From assembly GCA_964604195.1 (NCBI GenBank), contig CAZRXW010000001.1, positions 2,358 through 66,357 on the forward strand: DNA of 64,000 bases. Direction: 5' to 3'. The notes beneath the pieces were generated by a model that saw nothing but the letters and a program-made list of their open reading frames with translations, had not been told where the DNA came from and ran no database searches. Positions 8,548 through 17,591 of this stretch are shown here, piece by piece (the first letter of the stretch is position 1; the number at the start of each line of letters is the position of its first letter). The translations under genes were made by a program, and so were the position numbers. The stretch is from an uncultured Bdellovibrionales bacterium. Its GTDB lineage: Bacteria; Patescibacteriota; Minisyncoccia; Moranbacterales; UBA1568.

Positions 8548-9486
8548 ATGGATACGTGGCTCATTATTTCTTTAATTGCTCCAGCGTTATGGGCAATTAC
8601 CAATCTTATCGATGTCTATTTTGTTGCATCGTCTTATGATGATGAATATGATGGTGCTGTTATCTCCGGATTCTTCCAACTCTTCCCCTGGTTGTTAGTG
8701 TTGATTGGGTGGCAACAGTTTCATGGGTTTGGTGATGGGAGTGCTTATCTTTTTATCGGTGGCGTTTGTTATCTCCTCTTCCTTTTCTGGTATTTTAAAG
8801 CGTTGTTTTCAAAAAATGACGTTGCTCTTATTCAATTACTTCTTAATTTGGCAGTACCAGTAACGCTCATCCTTTCTTTTGCCTTCTATAGAGAGTTTAT
8901 TTCGGGACTACAATTTGTAGGTGGACTGCTAATTTTTGGCGGTGTTAGCGTGTTAGGTTTCCAGTCATCGTTTCAATGGTCTCAAATAAAGCACCTGGCT
9001 TTTCCTATGGGGTTGGCCGTTATTTTTCTTTCCCTAAGTATGATTTTTTCGAGCAAGGGATATGATTATGGGCATGGTTTTTTTAGTTCGTACCTTATTT
9101 ATTCTCTTGGCATGATGGCTACGGCAGCCGTCTTACTCCTCTTTAAACAGAAGAAAGACAGTGCATTTATAGGGCATCTTGTTACTTTGACAAGGAATTA
9201 TTTTGGTATTTTTCTTGTAGCTGAATTTATCGGGCTTCTGGGTTATATATTCTCTCAGCGTTCACTTGATCTGGCACCCTCGGCATCTTTAGTGGTACTA
9301 GTTGAATGCCTTCTTCCAATATTTATTCTTGTTTTTAGTTTTTTCATACTGGTATTTTTCAAAATTACCAATTCACATCAATCCCTTGTGGACGAAATTT
9401 ATCGAGATCAGCTTATTGGATATCCAGTTAAAATTATAGCTACGGTACTGGTCAGTCTAGGTGTTTATGTTTTATCATTGGGTTAA
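8548..9486 (+). CDS. hypothetical polytopic membrane protein (~9-10 TM)
   Basis: Continuous hydrophobic helices throughout, no soluble domain; follows ATP-grasp gene by 25 nt. Confidence 0.55.
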   Translation: MDTWLIISLIAPALWAITNLIDVYFVASSYDDEYDGAVISGFFQLFPWLLVLIGWQQFHGFGDGSAYLFIGGVCYLLFLFWYFKALFSKNDVALIQLLLNLAVPVTLILSFAFYREFISGLQFVGGLLIFGGVSVLGFQSSFQWSQIKHLAFPMGLAVIFLSLSMIFSSKGYDYGHGFFSSYLIYSLGMMATAAVLLLFKQKKDSAFIGHLVTLTRNYFGIFLVAEFIGLLGYIFSQRSLDLAPSASLVVLVECLLPIFILVFSFFILVFFKITNSHQSLVDEIYRDQLIGYPVKIIATVLVSLGVYVLSLG

Positions 9487-9494
9487 TTTAATCT

Positions 9495-11165
9495 ATGTTT
9501 TGTATTGACATACCATCTCCTGTAGCGCTTATTTTCTCGGAGTCTACACCGACGCTGCTTTATTATTCGCATCTCCCAGTGATATTTGTGTCTATTTTAA
9601 TTGGTCTGCTTGTTTTTTCTAAAAATAAAAGTCTTGAAAGCCGATTGCTCTTGGCAGTCGTGGTTTCTTTTGCGACATGGAATCTGATTGATCTCGTTAA
9701 TTGGACAAATGTTGATGCTCGCATCATCATGATTTCCTGGTCTTTCATGAACTTCTTCTTTTGTTTGGTTGTAGCGCTCACTCTTTATTTCTCTTATGTC
9801 TTTTTAAGAAAAGAAGAGCCGAGGCTATGGGCACTGCTAGTTGGAGCTCTGCCTCTTATTACTTATATCCTATTTATTCCTACATCATTCAATCTTATAG
9901 GGTTCGATCTAGCCATTTGTGAGGCAATGGAGGGTTCTTTAGTTACCTACTTTCATTTGCTCCAGGCATTTTACTTTGTTTGGCTGGTTCTCTTTTTGAT
10001 TCATGAATGCTATCAAGATTGGAAACTAAAAAAGAAACAAGCTCTTTACTTGGGATTAGGTATAGGCTTCTTCATTCTGAGCTTCTATACAGGTAATCTT
10101 GTGGCTGATATTCTCGATAATTGGGAATTGGAACAGTATGGTCTTTTCGGAATGCTTATTTTCATGATGTTTCTGGTCTATCTAATTGTCCGCTACCAGG
10201 CTTTCAACATGAAGCTCCTAGGGGCTCAGGCTTTAACAGCGGCCTTTGTTATTCTTATAGGAACTCAGTTCTTCTTTGCTACAACTACCATTACAATTGT
10301 TCTTACCACCATTACATTTGTCCTTTCTCTTATTTTTGCTTATTTCCTTATCAGGGAAGTGAAAAAAGAGGTTCAGCGGAAGGAGGAGTTGGAGGTGCTG
10401 ACCAATGAGTTGTCAGTCGCCAATACCGAGCTCAAACGGCTTGATAGTGCCAAGAGTGAATTCATCTCAATTGCATCTCACCAACTCCGTACGCCACTTA
10501 CTGCTATCAGGGGATTTCTTGATCTTTTGCTCGAGGGAGCGTATGGAAAAATTGAACCAAAGGTAAAGGATACTTTGGGCAAGTTGACCATTGCTAATAA
10601 TCGTCTCATGGGTTTGGTGGAAAATCTTTTGAATATCTCTCGTATTGAGGCGGGGAGGATCCAGTATCAGTTTAATCCAGCTCATATCGAAGATATAGTA
10701 AATGAACTGGAAGATATGTTTGTACTGGCCGCAAAAGAAAAGGGTATAGCTTTCTCAGTCAAAAGGCCCAAGCAGTCACTGCCTCTTCTCTCGCTTGATG
10801 CCACCAAGATTCGTGAGGTAATTTCCAACCTTATCGATAACGCTCTGAAGTACACTTCTCAGGGGTCGATAACGGTTTCGTATGAGCACCACCCTCACTC
10901 TGTCCGGGTCATTATAACCGACACAGGTATGGGCATCGAACCTAAAGATTTGCCGCATATATTCAAGAAGTTTGAGCGTGGAACAGGAGCGGAAAAAGTC
11001 AATGTATCAAGTACGGGGTTAGGGCTCTATGTAGGGAGTAAGTTTGCTGAGGCGCATGGAGGAACTATTCGTGCTGAATCAGCGGGCAAGGGTCAGGGCT
11101 CCCGGTTTATTCTGGAGCTCCCGGTGCACATTGTAGAACGGGCCAAGGAGTTGCCCCAAGCCTAA
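9495..11165 (+). CDS. sensor histidine kinase with N-terminal multi-TM sensor domain
   Basis: About 8 TM helices. Coiled coil. HisKA H-box SIASHQLRTPLTAIRGF. HATPase_c N/G1/G2 boxes (NLIDNALKYT, DTGMGI, GLGLYV). Confidence 0.8.
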   Translation: MFCIDIPSPVALIFSESTPTLLYYSHLPVIFVSILIGLLVFSKNKSLESRLLLAVVVSFATWNLIDLVNWTNVDARIIMISWSFMNFFFCLVVALTLYFSYVFLRKEEPRLWALLVGALPLITYILFIPTSFNLIGFDLAICEAMEGSLVTYFHLLQAFYFVWLVLFLIHECYQDWKLKKKQALYLGLGIGFFILSFYTGNLVADILDNWELEQYGLFGMLIFMMFLVYLIVRYQAFNMKLLGAQALTAAFVILIGTQFFFATTTITIVLTTITFVLSLIFAYFLIREVKKEVQRKEELEVLTNELSVANTELKRLDSAKSEFISIASHQLRTPLTAIRGFLDLLLEGAYGKIEPKVKDTLGKLTIANNRLMGLVENLLNISRIEAGRIQYQFNPAHIEDIVNELEDMFVLAAKEKGIAFSVKRPKQSLPLLSLDATKIREVISNLIDNALKYTSQGSITVSYEHHPHSVRVIITDTGMGIEPKDLPHIFKKFERGTGAEKVNVSSTGLGLYVGSKFAEAHGGTIRAESAGKGQGSRFILELPVHIVERAKELPQA

Positions 11166-11201
11166 TAGTCTGCTAATCTAGGGCGGTTAGAAGCAAAATA
11201 T

Positions 11202-11570
11202 ATGTCAAAAATATTGTTGGTTGAAGACGATCCATTTATAGCTGAGATTTACGAGAAAAAGCTCGCTGACGCTGGTTTTGAGGTGGTCAATGCCAAGACG
11301 GGCAAGGAGGTCCTCAAACGAGTTGCCGAATCGGCATATGATCTGGTGCTGCTTGATATGGTCCTTCCAGAGCTTTCAGGCATGGAGGTTCTCCAGGAGC
11401 TCCGCAGTAAGCCGGAATATGATCAGAATCTCAAAATAGTGGTGTTTAGCAATCTTTCGAGTCCAGAAGAGCAAGCGGCTGCCATCAAAGCTGGGGCAAC
11501 GGGTTTTATTTCCAAAACCTCATTTGCTCCCTCTCAAGTAGTGGATGAAATAAAGCGATATTTGATGTAA
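11202..11570 (+). CDS. single-domain response regulator (CheY-like receiver)
   Basis: ILLVEDD...DLVLLDMVLP...K at expected positions of the REC fold; no output domain. Confidence 0.8.
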   Translation: MSKILLVEDDPFIAEIYEKKLADAGFEVVNAKTGKEVLKRVAESAYDLVLLDMVLPELSGMEVLQELRSKPEYDQNLKIVVFSNLSSPEEQAAAIKAGATGFISKTSFAPSQVVDEIKRYLM

Positions 11571-11581
11571 TTGAATGGCGT

Positions 11582-12907
11582 ATGTCCTCGAGAGTTTTGG
11601 TTCTTGATGCGGTGCACAAAATTGGTGAGACGATCGAACTTCGTGGTTGGGTGAGTGTTCGTCGTGACCACGGTAAGTTAATTTTCCTCGAACTTCGTGA
11701 TCGTAGTGGGTCAGTGCAGCTGGTGGTTACTCCAGAAAAGGAAAATGTTTTGACGGTGGCAAAAGAAGTTCGTCCAGAATATACGGTCTCGGTAACTGGA
11801 TTAGTCAAAGAACGTCCCGGAAAAGCAGCTGAGAGTTCACCTACTGGCGGAATAGAAATTGAGGTTACATCACTCTCGATTCTCTCCCAGCCAGCAGAAG
11901 AACTTCCTATTGATGTTTCCAAGACTGATCTCGAACTCAATCTCGACACACTTCTTACTCATCGCACCCTGGCTCTTCGTAATGAAAAAGTGCGAGCCAT
12001 TTTCAAGATTTACTCCGAAATGCTTTTTGCTTATGGTGAAGCACTTCGGCAGGAGGGATTCCTCGAAATCAAGACCCCCAAGATTCTTTCGGCAGCTACG
12101 GAGGGCGGGGCAAACTTCTTCAAAATTAAATACTTCGATCGAGATGCTTTTTTGGCACAGAGCCCTCAGTTCTACAAGCAGGCTGCTATGAGTGCCTTTG
12201 AGCGAGTCTTTGAGGTGGGTGTTGTGTTTCGAGCGGAGCCAAGTTTTACTACTCGCCATGTGACAGAGTATACCGGTCTTGATGCTGAGATGGGTTTTAT
12301 TGAGAATGTCGAAGAGGTGATGGCTATGCTAGAAAAAACCATGATGCATGTCTTCGCTCATATTGGTAAAACCTGCCAGAAAGAACTCGCCCTGTACGGA
12401 GCCACCGTTCCAGAGGCGGTGCCTATCCCACGCTTGCGACTAGCGGAAGCTTTCGAGATTCTCAAGAATGAATTTGGAAAAGTAATCCCTGAAGGCGAGG
12501 ATATTGATAGTGAAGGAGAGCGTCTCATTGGTGAGTACGTTAAAAAGAAATACAATTCCGATTTTGTTTTCCTCACTCATTATCCAACGGCGGTACGGGC
12601 TTTTTATTCATTGCCGAGTCCTGAAAATCCCAAGCTGTGTGAAAGCTATGACCTCGTGTTTCGTGGTCTGGAAATTGCCTCAGGAGCTGAGCGTGTACAT
12701 GAGTATCAGATGTTGGTGGATATTCTCAAAGGTCGCGGGCTTGATCCGGCTCAGTTTAGTGACTATCTGGATATCTTCAAAAACGGAGCGCCTCGGCATG
12801 GTGGATGGGGATTGGGTTCTGAACGTATAGTGCAGAAGCTTCTCGGGCTGGAGACTATCAAAGAAGCGATTCTCTACCCTCGAGATGTGAAGCGTCTCAC
12901 CCCCTAG
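11582..12907 (+). CDS. aspS: aspartate--tRNA ligase, archaeal/eukaryotic type (class IIb; AsnRS not fully excluded)
   Basis: N-terminal OB anticodon-binding domain (IELRGWV...GK.IFLELRD). Class II motif 2 FRAEPSFTTRHVTEYTGLDAEMGF. Motif 3 GGWGLGSERIVQ. Length 441 aa fits archaeal-type AspRS. Confidence 0.7.
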   Translation: MSSRVLVLDAVHKIGETIELRGWVSVRRDHGKLIFLELRDRSGSVQLVVTPEKENVLTVAKEVRPEYTVSVTGLVKERPGKAAESSPTGGIEIEVTSLSILSQPAEELPIDVSKTDLELNLDTLLTHRTLALRNEKVRAIFKIYSEMLFAYGEALRQEGFLEIKTPKILSAATEGGANFFKIKYFDRDAFLAQSPQFYKQAAMSAFERVFEVGVVFRAEPSFTTRHVTEYTGLDAEMGFIENVEEVMAMLEKTMMHVFAHIGKTCQKELALYGATVPEAVPIPRLRLAEAFEILKNEFGKVIPEGEDIDSEGERLIGEYVKKKYNSDFVFLTHYPTAVRAFYSLPSPENPKLCESYDLVFRGLEIASGAERVHEYQMLVDILKGRGLDPAQFSDYLDIFKNGAPRHGGWGLGSERIVQKLLGLETIKEAILYPRDVKRLTP

Positions 12908-12923
12908 TTTTTCCAGTTTCCCT

Positions 12924-12960
12924 AACCCGTCCTTTAGCCCTGGGCGGGTTTCTTTTTGTT
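12924..12960 (+). terminator. rho-independent terminator (AACCCGTCC ... GGGCGGGTT + T-tract)
   Basis: 9-bp stem (one G-U) and 9-nt loop followed by TCTTTTTGTTTT, 17 nt after aspS stop. Confidence 0.55.
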
Positions 12961-12985
12961 TTATATAGGGTACAATGTGAGTGCT

Positions 12986-13543
12986 ATGCAAACAACTCAG
13001 ACAAACATCGAGGGACTCCTTATTCTTCAACCAGCTCTCTATGCTGATGAGCGGGGTTGGTTTATGGAGAGTTTTCAGGAGGAACGGTATCAGGGGCTTC
13101 TGGGTACAGATATTCATTTTGTTCAAGATAATCTTTCGTTTTCCAAGCGAGGGGTTCTGAGAGGACTACATTATCAAGCGCCGCCATTTGCTCAGGGGAA
13201 GCTCGTCTCGGTCTTGCATGGCCGAGTCATGGATGTGGCGGTTGATATTCGGTTTGGATCGCCGACCTTTGGGCAACATGTCGCAGTCGAGCTTTCAGCC
13301 GAGAATCATAAACAATTTTGGATTCCAGCAGGTTTTGCCCACGGTTTTATTGCACTCGAAGATGATACGGTGTTTGCCTATAAATGCACCAATGTTTATT
13401 CACGCGAACATGACCGAGGAGTGCGGTGGAATGACTCAGCTCTTGGTATACGCTGGGGAATAGATAATCCTATTGTGTCAGAAAAAGACAGAGTTCACCC
13501 ATTGTTGAAGGACATTCAAAAGGATTTCGTATTTGAAAGTTAA
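12986..13543 (+). CDS. rfbC: dTDP-4-dehydrorhamnose 3,5-epimerase
   Basis: ATG 12986. Cupin-type RmlC motifs (DERGWFMESF, RGLHYQ, QGKLV.V..G.V.DVAVD.R..SPTFG). Confidence 0.85.
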   Translation: MQTTQTNIEGLLILQPALYADERGWFMESFQEERYQGLLGTDIHFVQDNLSFSKRGVLRGLHYQAPPFAQGKLVSVLHGRVMDVAVDIRFGSPTFGQHVAVELSAENHKQFWIPAGFAHGFIALEDDTVFAYKCTNVYSREHDRGVRWNDSALGIRWGIDNPIVSEKDRVHPLLKDIQKDFVFES

Positions 13544-13565
13544 TCAGCGAGGTAACTGGAAAGCT

Positions 13566-14567
13566 ATGAGACTACTCGTGACGGGAGGTGCTGGATTTAT
13601 CGGAGGTAATTTCGTTCACCACGTATTACAAGCCTCTCCAGAATACACCGTAGTGGTGTTGGATGCGCTGACCTATGCGGGGAATTTAGAAAACTTAGCG
13701 AGCGTACAGGATGCTGCTCATTTTCGGTTTGTGAAAGGTGATATTACCGATGCAACGCTGGTGGATACTTTGGTCAAGGAGTGTGACGCGGTCGTACATT
13801 TTGCTGCTGAATCACACGTAGACCGCTCCATTTTGGGGCCGGAAGCATTTGTACGGACCAATGTGCTCGGAACCTTTACTTTGTTAGAAGCCGCCCGCAA
13901 GTATAGCAAGCGTTTCCATCATGTCTCCACCGATGAGGTGTTTGGCACTCTGGCCCAGACCGATCCAGCGTTTGACGAATCAACAGCCTATGATCCACGA
14001 AGCCCCTATAGCGCCAGTAAGGCAGGGAGTGATCACCTCGTGCGTGCCTACTTCCATACCTATGGGCTGCCGATCACGATTTCCAATTGCTCCAATAATT
14101 ATGGACCCTACCATTTCCCAGAGAAACTGATTCCGCTCGCTATTACCAATCTTCTTGAAGGAAAAAAGGTGCCGGTGTATGGTGACGGGCTTCAGGTACG
14201 GGACTGGCTCTATGTCGAGGACCATGCCAGGGCTATCGCGCTCATTCTCGAAAAGGGAAGGGTTGGTGAAACGTACTGTATCGGTGGCAATGCAGAGAAA
14301 GAAAATATCTGGATTGTGAAGAAACTGTTGGAAGTCCTTGGCTTTGGGGAAGAATACATCGAGTATGTGCAGGATCGACCAGGGCATGATCGCCGCTACG
14401 CGATCAATTTTGGCAAGATCAAAAATGAGCTCAGCTGGGAGCCAAGCGTAAGTCTTGAAGAAGGCCTCGTCAAAACGGTCGAGTGGTTCAAGGAAAATAG
14501 AGAGTGGTGGCAGCGAGTCAAAAGCGGTGAGTACCAGAAGTATTATGAAAAACAGTATGGAAAATAG
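13566..14567 (+). CDS. rfbB: dTDP-glucose 4,6-dehydratase
   Basis: MRLLVTGGAGFIGGNFV Rossmann motif. YSASKAGSDHLVRAY catalytic YxxxK. Extended SDR fold; track ORF extends 33 nt upstream (13533), overlapping rfbC end. Confidence 0.9.
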   Translation: MRLLVTGGAGFIGGNFVHHVLQASPEYTVVVLDALTYAGNLENLASVQDAAHFRFVKGDITDATLVDTLVKECDAVVHFAAESHVDRSILGPEAFVRTNVLGTFTLLEAARKYSKRFHHVSTDEVFGTLAQTDPAFDESTAYDPRSPYSASKAGSDHLVRAYFHTYGLPITISNCSNNYGPYHFPEKLIPLAITNLLEGKKVPVYGDGLQVRDWLYVEDHARAIALILEKGRVGETYCIGGNAEKENIWIVKKLLEVLGFGEEYIEYVQDRPGHDRRYAINFGKIKNELSWEPSVSLEEGLVKTVEWFKENREWWQRVKSGEYQKYYEKQYGK

Positions 14568-15126
14568 CACATCTGCTTACTTATGTAGTAAATGTGGGAT
14601 GAAAGCTAGTATAGTGGATGGAAGAATAAAAAGAACCTGCACGTGTAGTGCAGACAGGACAGTACTGACTAATATCAGTGCAAATTTACAATATGCTGGC
14701 AGCAGAGCGGAATACTACCAGCTTTTTGAAACGGGCAAGGTATTTTATGAAGCGGCATTATATCTGAAACGAGCAGGGCGGCCGTCAATCGTGTACTTAC
14801 ACTTAATATGCCAAGCATTTGAAAATATATCGAAATACATTATCTGTGAAGGAAAAGGGCACATATATTGTTACCCGAATCCGAAGGAGAAACCATCAGG
14901 TAAATTTGGTCATTGTTTATATGATCTTTTAACAGAGGTTAAGACGTGCAGTGGAAATCCTGTGACCTTTGCATTGGAAGAAGAAGTTAAAAAATTATCA
15001 GATCCTTATAAAAAAAGAGTGTTTGCGTACGGAGATTTTAAGACCTCATTCAATGGGGATTCTGAATATAAGGTGAGTCACCTTTTTGAGTATTTAAAGA
15101 AAGTATTGAGTTTAGTTGATAGTTAA
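14557..15126 (+). CDS. hypothetical protein with N-terminal Cys cluster
   Basis: ATG 14557 overlaps the last 11 nt of rfbB in another frame. CSKCG...CTCSADR motif at N-terminus. No recognisable domain. AT-richer than neighbours. Confidence 0.4.
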   Translation: MENSTSAYLCSKCGMKASIVDGRIKRTCTCSADRTVLTNISANLQYAGSRAEYYQLFETGKVFYEAALYLKRAGRPSIVYLHLICQAFENISKYIICEGKGHIYCYPNPKEKPSGKFGHCLYDLLTEVKTCSGNPVTFALEEEVKKLSDPYKKRVFAYGDFKTSFNGDSEYKVSHLFEYLKKVLSLVDS

Positions 15127-15138
15127 TTTTAATAAACT

Positions 15139-15801
15139 ATGAAATTTCTCCTCACGTCAGCAGGAATAAGCAATCCTTCAATTGAAAAAGCATTGTTTGA
15201 GTTGTTAGAGAAACCAGTAAGTGAGACGAGAGTGGTTTTTATCCCAACAGCAGCCAATCTTGTAGCGGATGACAAGAGTTGGTTGGTGCAGAATTACAAT
15301 GATTTCTTGAAGTTGGGTTTACAGTCTTTTGATATTGTCGATATATCAGCAGTGCCAAAAGAAAATTGGATGAAGCGCTTTGAGGCAGCTGATGTACTTT
15401 GTTTCGGTGGTGGTGATGAACAGTATCTTACCCACCTCATGCGAGAGAGCGGAGTAGTCGAGGTGTTGCCTGAGTTACTCAAAACACGAGTTTATATGGG
15501 CATCAGTGCCGGGAGTATGGTAGTGGGTAAGTTACTTTCTGGTGAATTGACCAAAGAGCTGTGGCCAGAGGAATCCTTTGAGGGGAGTGAGGAAGGTTTG
15601 GGGTTATATGATTTTTCAATCTTGCCGCATTTGAACTCCGATTACTTCGCTCATCTCCGTGTGCCACTTATCGAGTCAATGAAGGATCGATTTCCTCAGA
15701 CAATCTACGCTCTTGATGATGCTTCGGCCCTGAAGGTGATAGAAGGTCAGATTGAAGTGGTGAGCGAGGGTCAATTTTTAGAGTTAGAAAAACAAATATG
15801 A
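15139..15801 (+). CDS. S51 family peptidase (peptidase E / cyanophycinase-like)
   Basis: FIPTAA, CFGGGDEQYL and GISAGSMV (catalytic Ser nucleophile elbow) in PepE order. Confidence 0.75.
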   Translation: MKFLLTSAGISNPSIEKALFELLEKPVSETRVVFIPTAANLVADDKSWLVQNYNDFLKLGLQSFDIVDISAVPKENWMKRFEAADVLCFGGGDEQYLTHLMRESGVVEVLPELLKTRVYMGISAGSMVVGKLLSGELTKELWPEESFEGSEEGLGLYDFSILPHLNSDYFAHLRVPLIESMKDRFPQTIYALDDASALKVIEGQIEVVSEGQFLELEKQI

Positions 15802-16451
15802 ATATCACCAAATTTGGGCATTGTTGCATCTTGATTGAAATAGATGGGGTACGGATACTGACGGATCCAGGGAATTATAGTGAGACGCCGATGGTTTCGG
15901 ATATTGATGGAATACTCATTACTCATGAACATCAGGATCATTGCCATGTGGAAAGTCTTCACATTGTCCTTGTCAAGAACCCGGGCGCGCAGGTCATTAC
16001 CCATGCTGGGGTAGGCAAGATACTCGATGAAGCAGGGATCAAGTGGGAACCCATCAGTGATGGAGGGGAAAAAGAAATCAAGGGGGTGAAGATCCAGAGC
16101 TTTGGTAGCGAACACGCCTGTATCCATCACGACCTTCCACCGGTACAAAACACTGGATTTTTGATTGCCGAAAAACTATTCTATCCGGGCGATTCATTTC
16201 ACAATCCCCATCGGGAGATTGAGATTCTAGCTCTCCCAGTGGCAGGACCATGGATGAAACTTTCCGAAGCGATCGAGTATGCCAAGGCTATGAAGCCAAA
16301 AGTTGTTTTTCCGGTGCATGATGGGATGCTCCGGCAGGGGATAGAACTTGGGCCAACACGTCGCATCCCCACACTCCTTCTCGAGCCGCTGGGTATCAAA
16401 TATGTCGACATGACCGAAGGATCGGTACAAGATTTTAATGCCATCATATGA
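15798..16451 (+). CDS. MBL-fold metallo-hydrolase
   Basis: THEHQDH (HxHxDH) motif plus downstream His/Asp ligands. Start overlaps previous stop (ATGA). Confidence 0.75.
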   Translation: MNITKFGHCCILIEIDGVRILTDPGNYSETPMVSDIDGILITHEHQDHCHVESLHIVLVKNPGAQVITHAGVGKILDEAGIKWEPISDGGEKEIKGVKIQSFGSEHACIHHDLPPVQNTGFLIAEKLFYPGDSFHNPHREIEILALPVAGPWMKLSEAIEYAKAMKPKVVFPVHDGMLRQGIELGPTRRIPTLLLEPLGIKYVDMTEGSVQDFNAII

Positions 16452-16774
16452 CCTTTGAAGATTTCCAACAATTTATTGAGGCTCAGCATGCGTTCTTTCG
16501 GAAGGTGAAGAAGCAGACGAAGAAAGACCGGATCTTTGCTCGAACGATTAAGCTAGGGGAAGAATACGGCGAATTGTGCGACGAGGTATTGGCTTCAGTG
16601 GGGGATCAGCGGAAAGGAAAGCTGGCTAAAGAGAAGGTTGGGGACCTGGAAAGTGAATTTGCGGATGTGCTCATTACGCTCTTTATGCTGGCCAAAGCGA
16701 TGGACGTCGACATTATGCAGGCGCTCGATACCAAGGTGAAGAAAATAAAAGCCAAGTACAATAAACAAGTATGA
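16448..16774 (+). CDS. MazG-like nucleotide pyrophosphohydrolase (single all-alpha MazG domain)
   Basis: LGEEYGELCDEV ... ESEFADVLITLFMLA matches the EExxE/D metal-binding helices of the MazG/NTP-PPase family. ATGA overlap with upstream gene. Confidence 0.7.
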   Translation: MTFEDFQQFIEAQHAFFRKVKKQTKKDRIFARTIKLGEEYGELCDEVLASVGDQRKGKLAKEKVGDLESEFADVLITLFMLAKAMDVDIMQALDTKVKKIKAKYNKQV

Positions 16775-16881
16775 TCTTTTCTTCATATACGCAAGTACTC
16801 ACGGTCGTAGCAAGTTGCGTAGTTTTGGTTTTTGGGTTACACTCAGCCGAAGATATCTAAAGAGTACATATAGAGATATTT

Positions 16882-17460
16882 ATGCCAGAACAATCAGTTA
16901 AAACGGGTTCGATACAACATAGCCTCATTACCAGGACTATTCTTGGAGTGATTGCTACGGCTGGTATAGTAGGTGTGGCAGCGGTAGCCCCGGGTGCCTT
17001 TCAGCTGGTTCGACTTTTACGAAAAAGTACTGTTCGGCGTTACGAAGCCCCATCCTATATTCGTCGCACGATCAAAAGTCTGCAAAAAAGAGGATTGGTA
17101 CGAGTGACAGTGAAATCAGGCGAAATGAGAGTATACCTTACTGAAAAAGGGGAACGGGAAGTTTTGAAGTATCAGATCAAGGAAAAGTGTTTACTACAGG
17201 GTCATTGGGATAAAAAGTGGAGAATTATTATTTTTGACATAGAGGAGCGGCGTCGTTTTGCTCGAGATGGCATTCGCTCTGATATGGAAGAATTGGGCTT
17301 GGTGCGATTGCAAGACAGCGTCTGGGTATATCCTTTTGATTGTGAGGAAGTGGTGACTTTGCTCAAGGCACATTATAAACTTGGAAAACAACTCGTATAT
17401 ATTACCGCTGGGGATATTGAAAATGACACTTGGCTACGGAAGCAATTTAACCTAAAGTAA
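16882..17460 (+). CDS. membrane-anchored PaaX-like protein (N-terminal TM, wHTH-like segment, C-terminal PaaX-C/Cas2-like fold)
   Basis: TM ILGVIATAGIVGVAAVA. wHTH-like IRRTIKSLQKRGLVRV..YLTEKG. C-terminal WRIIIFDIEERRRFARDGIRSDMEELGLVRLQDSVWVYP resembles the PaaX C-terminal / Cas2 / VapD fold pattern. Confidence 0.5.
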   Translation: MPEQSVKTGSIQHSLITRTILGVIATAGIVGVAAVAPGAFQLVRLLRKSTVRRYEAPSYIRRTIKSLQKRGLVRVTVKSGEMRVYLTEKGEREVLKYQIKEKCLLQGHWDKKWRIIIFDIEERRRFARDGIRSDMEELGLVRLQDSVWVYPFDCEEVVTLLKAHYKLGKQLVYITAGDIENDTWLRKQFNLK

Positions 17461-17591
17461 CGCTCTATGCTGTGGCTCTCTGGTTCTACTCAAGTTGTCA
17501 CGGTCGTGAGTACTTGAGTAGGTGTATTTTCGAGGGTAAGTGGAAAGAAGGGGGATGATATACTGGTTTTGGGGATTGAAAAAAGAGTTAC

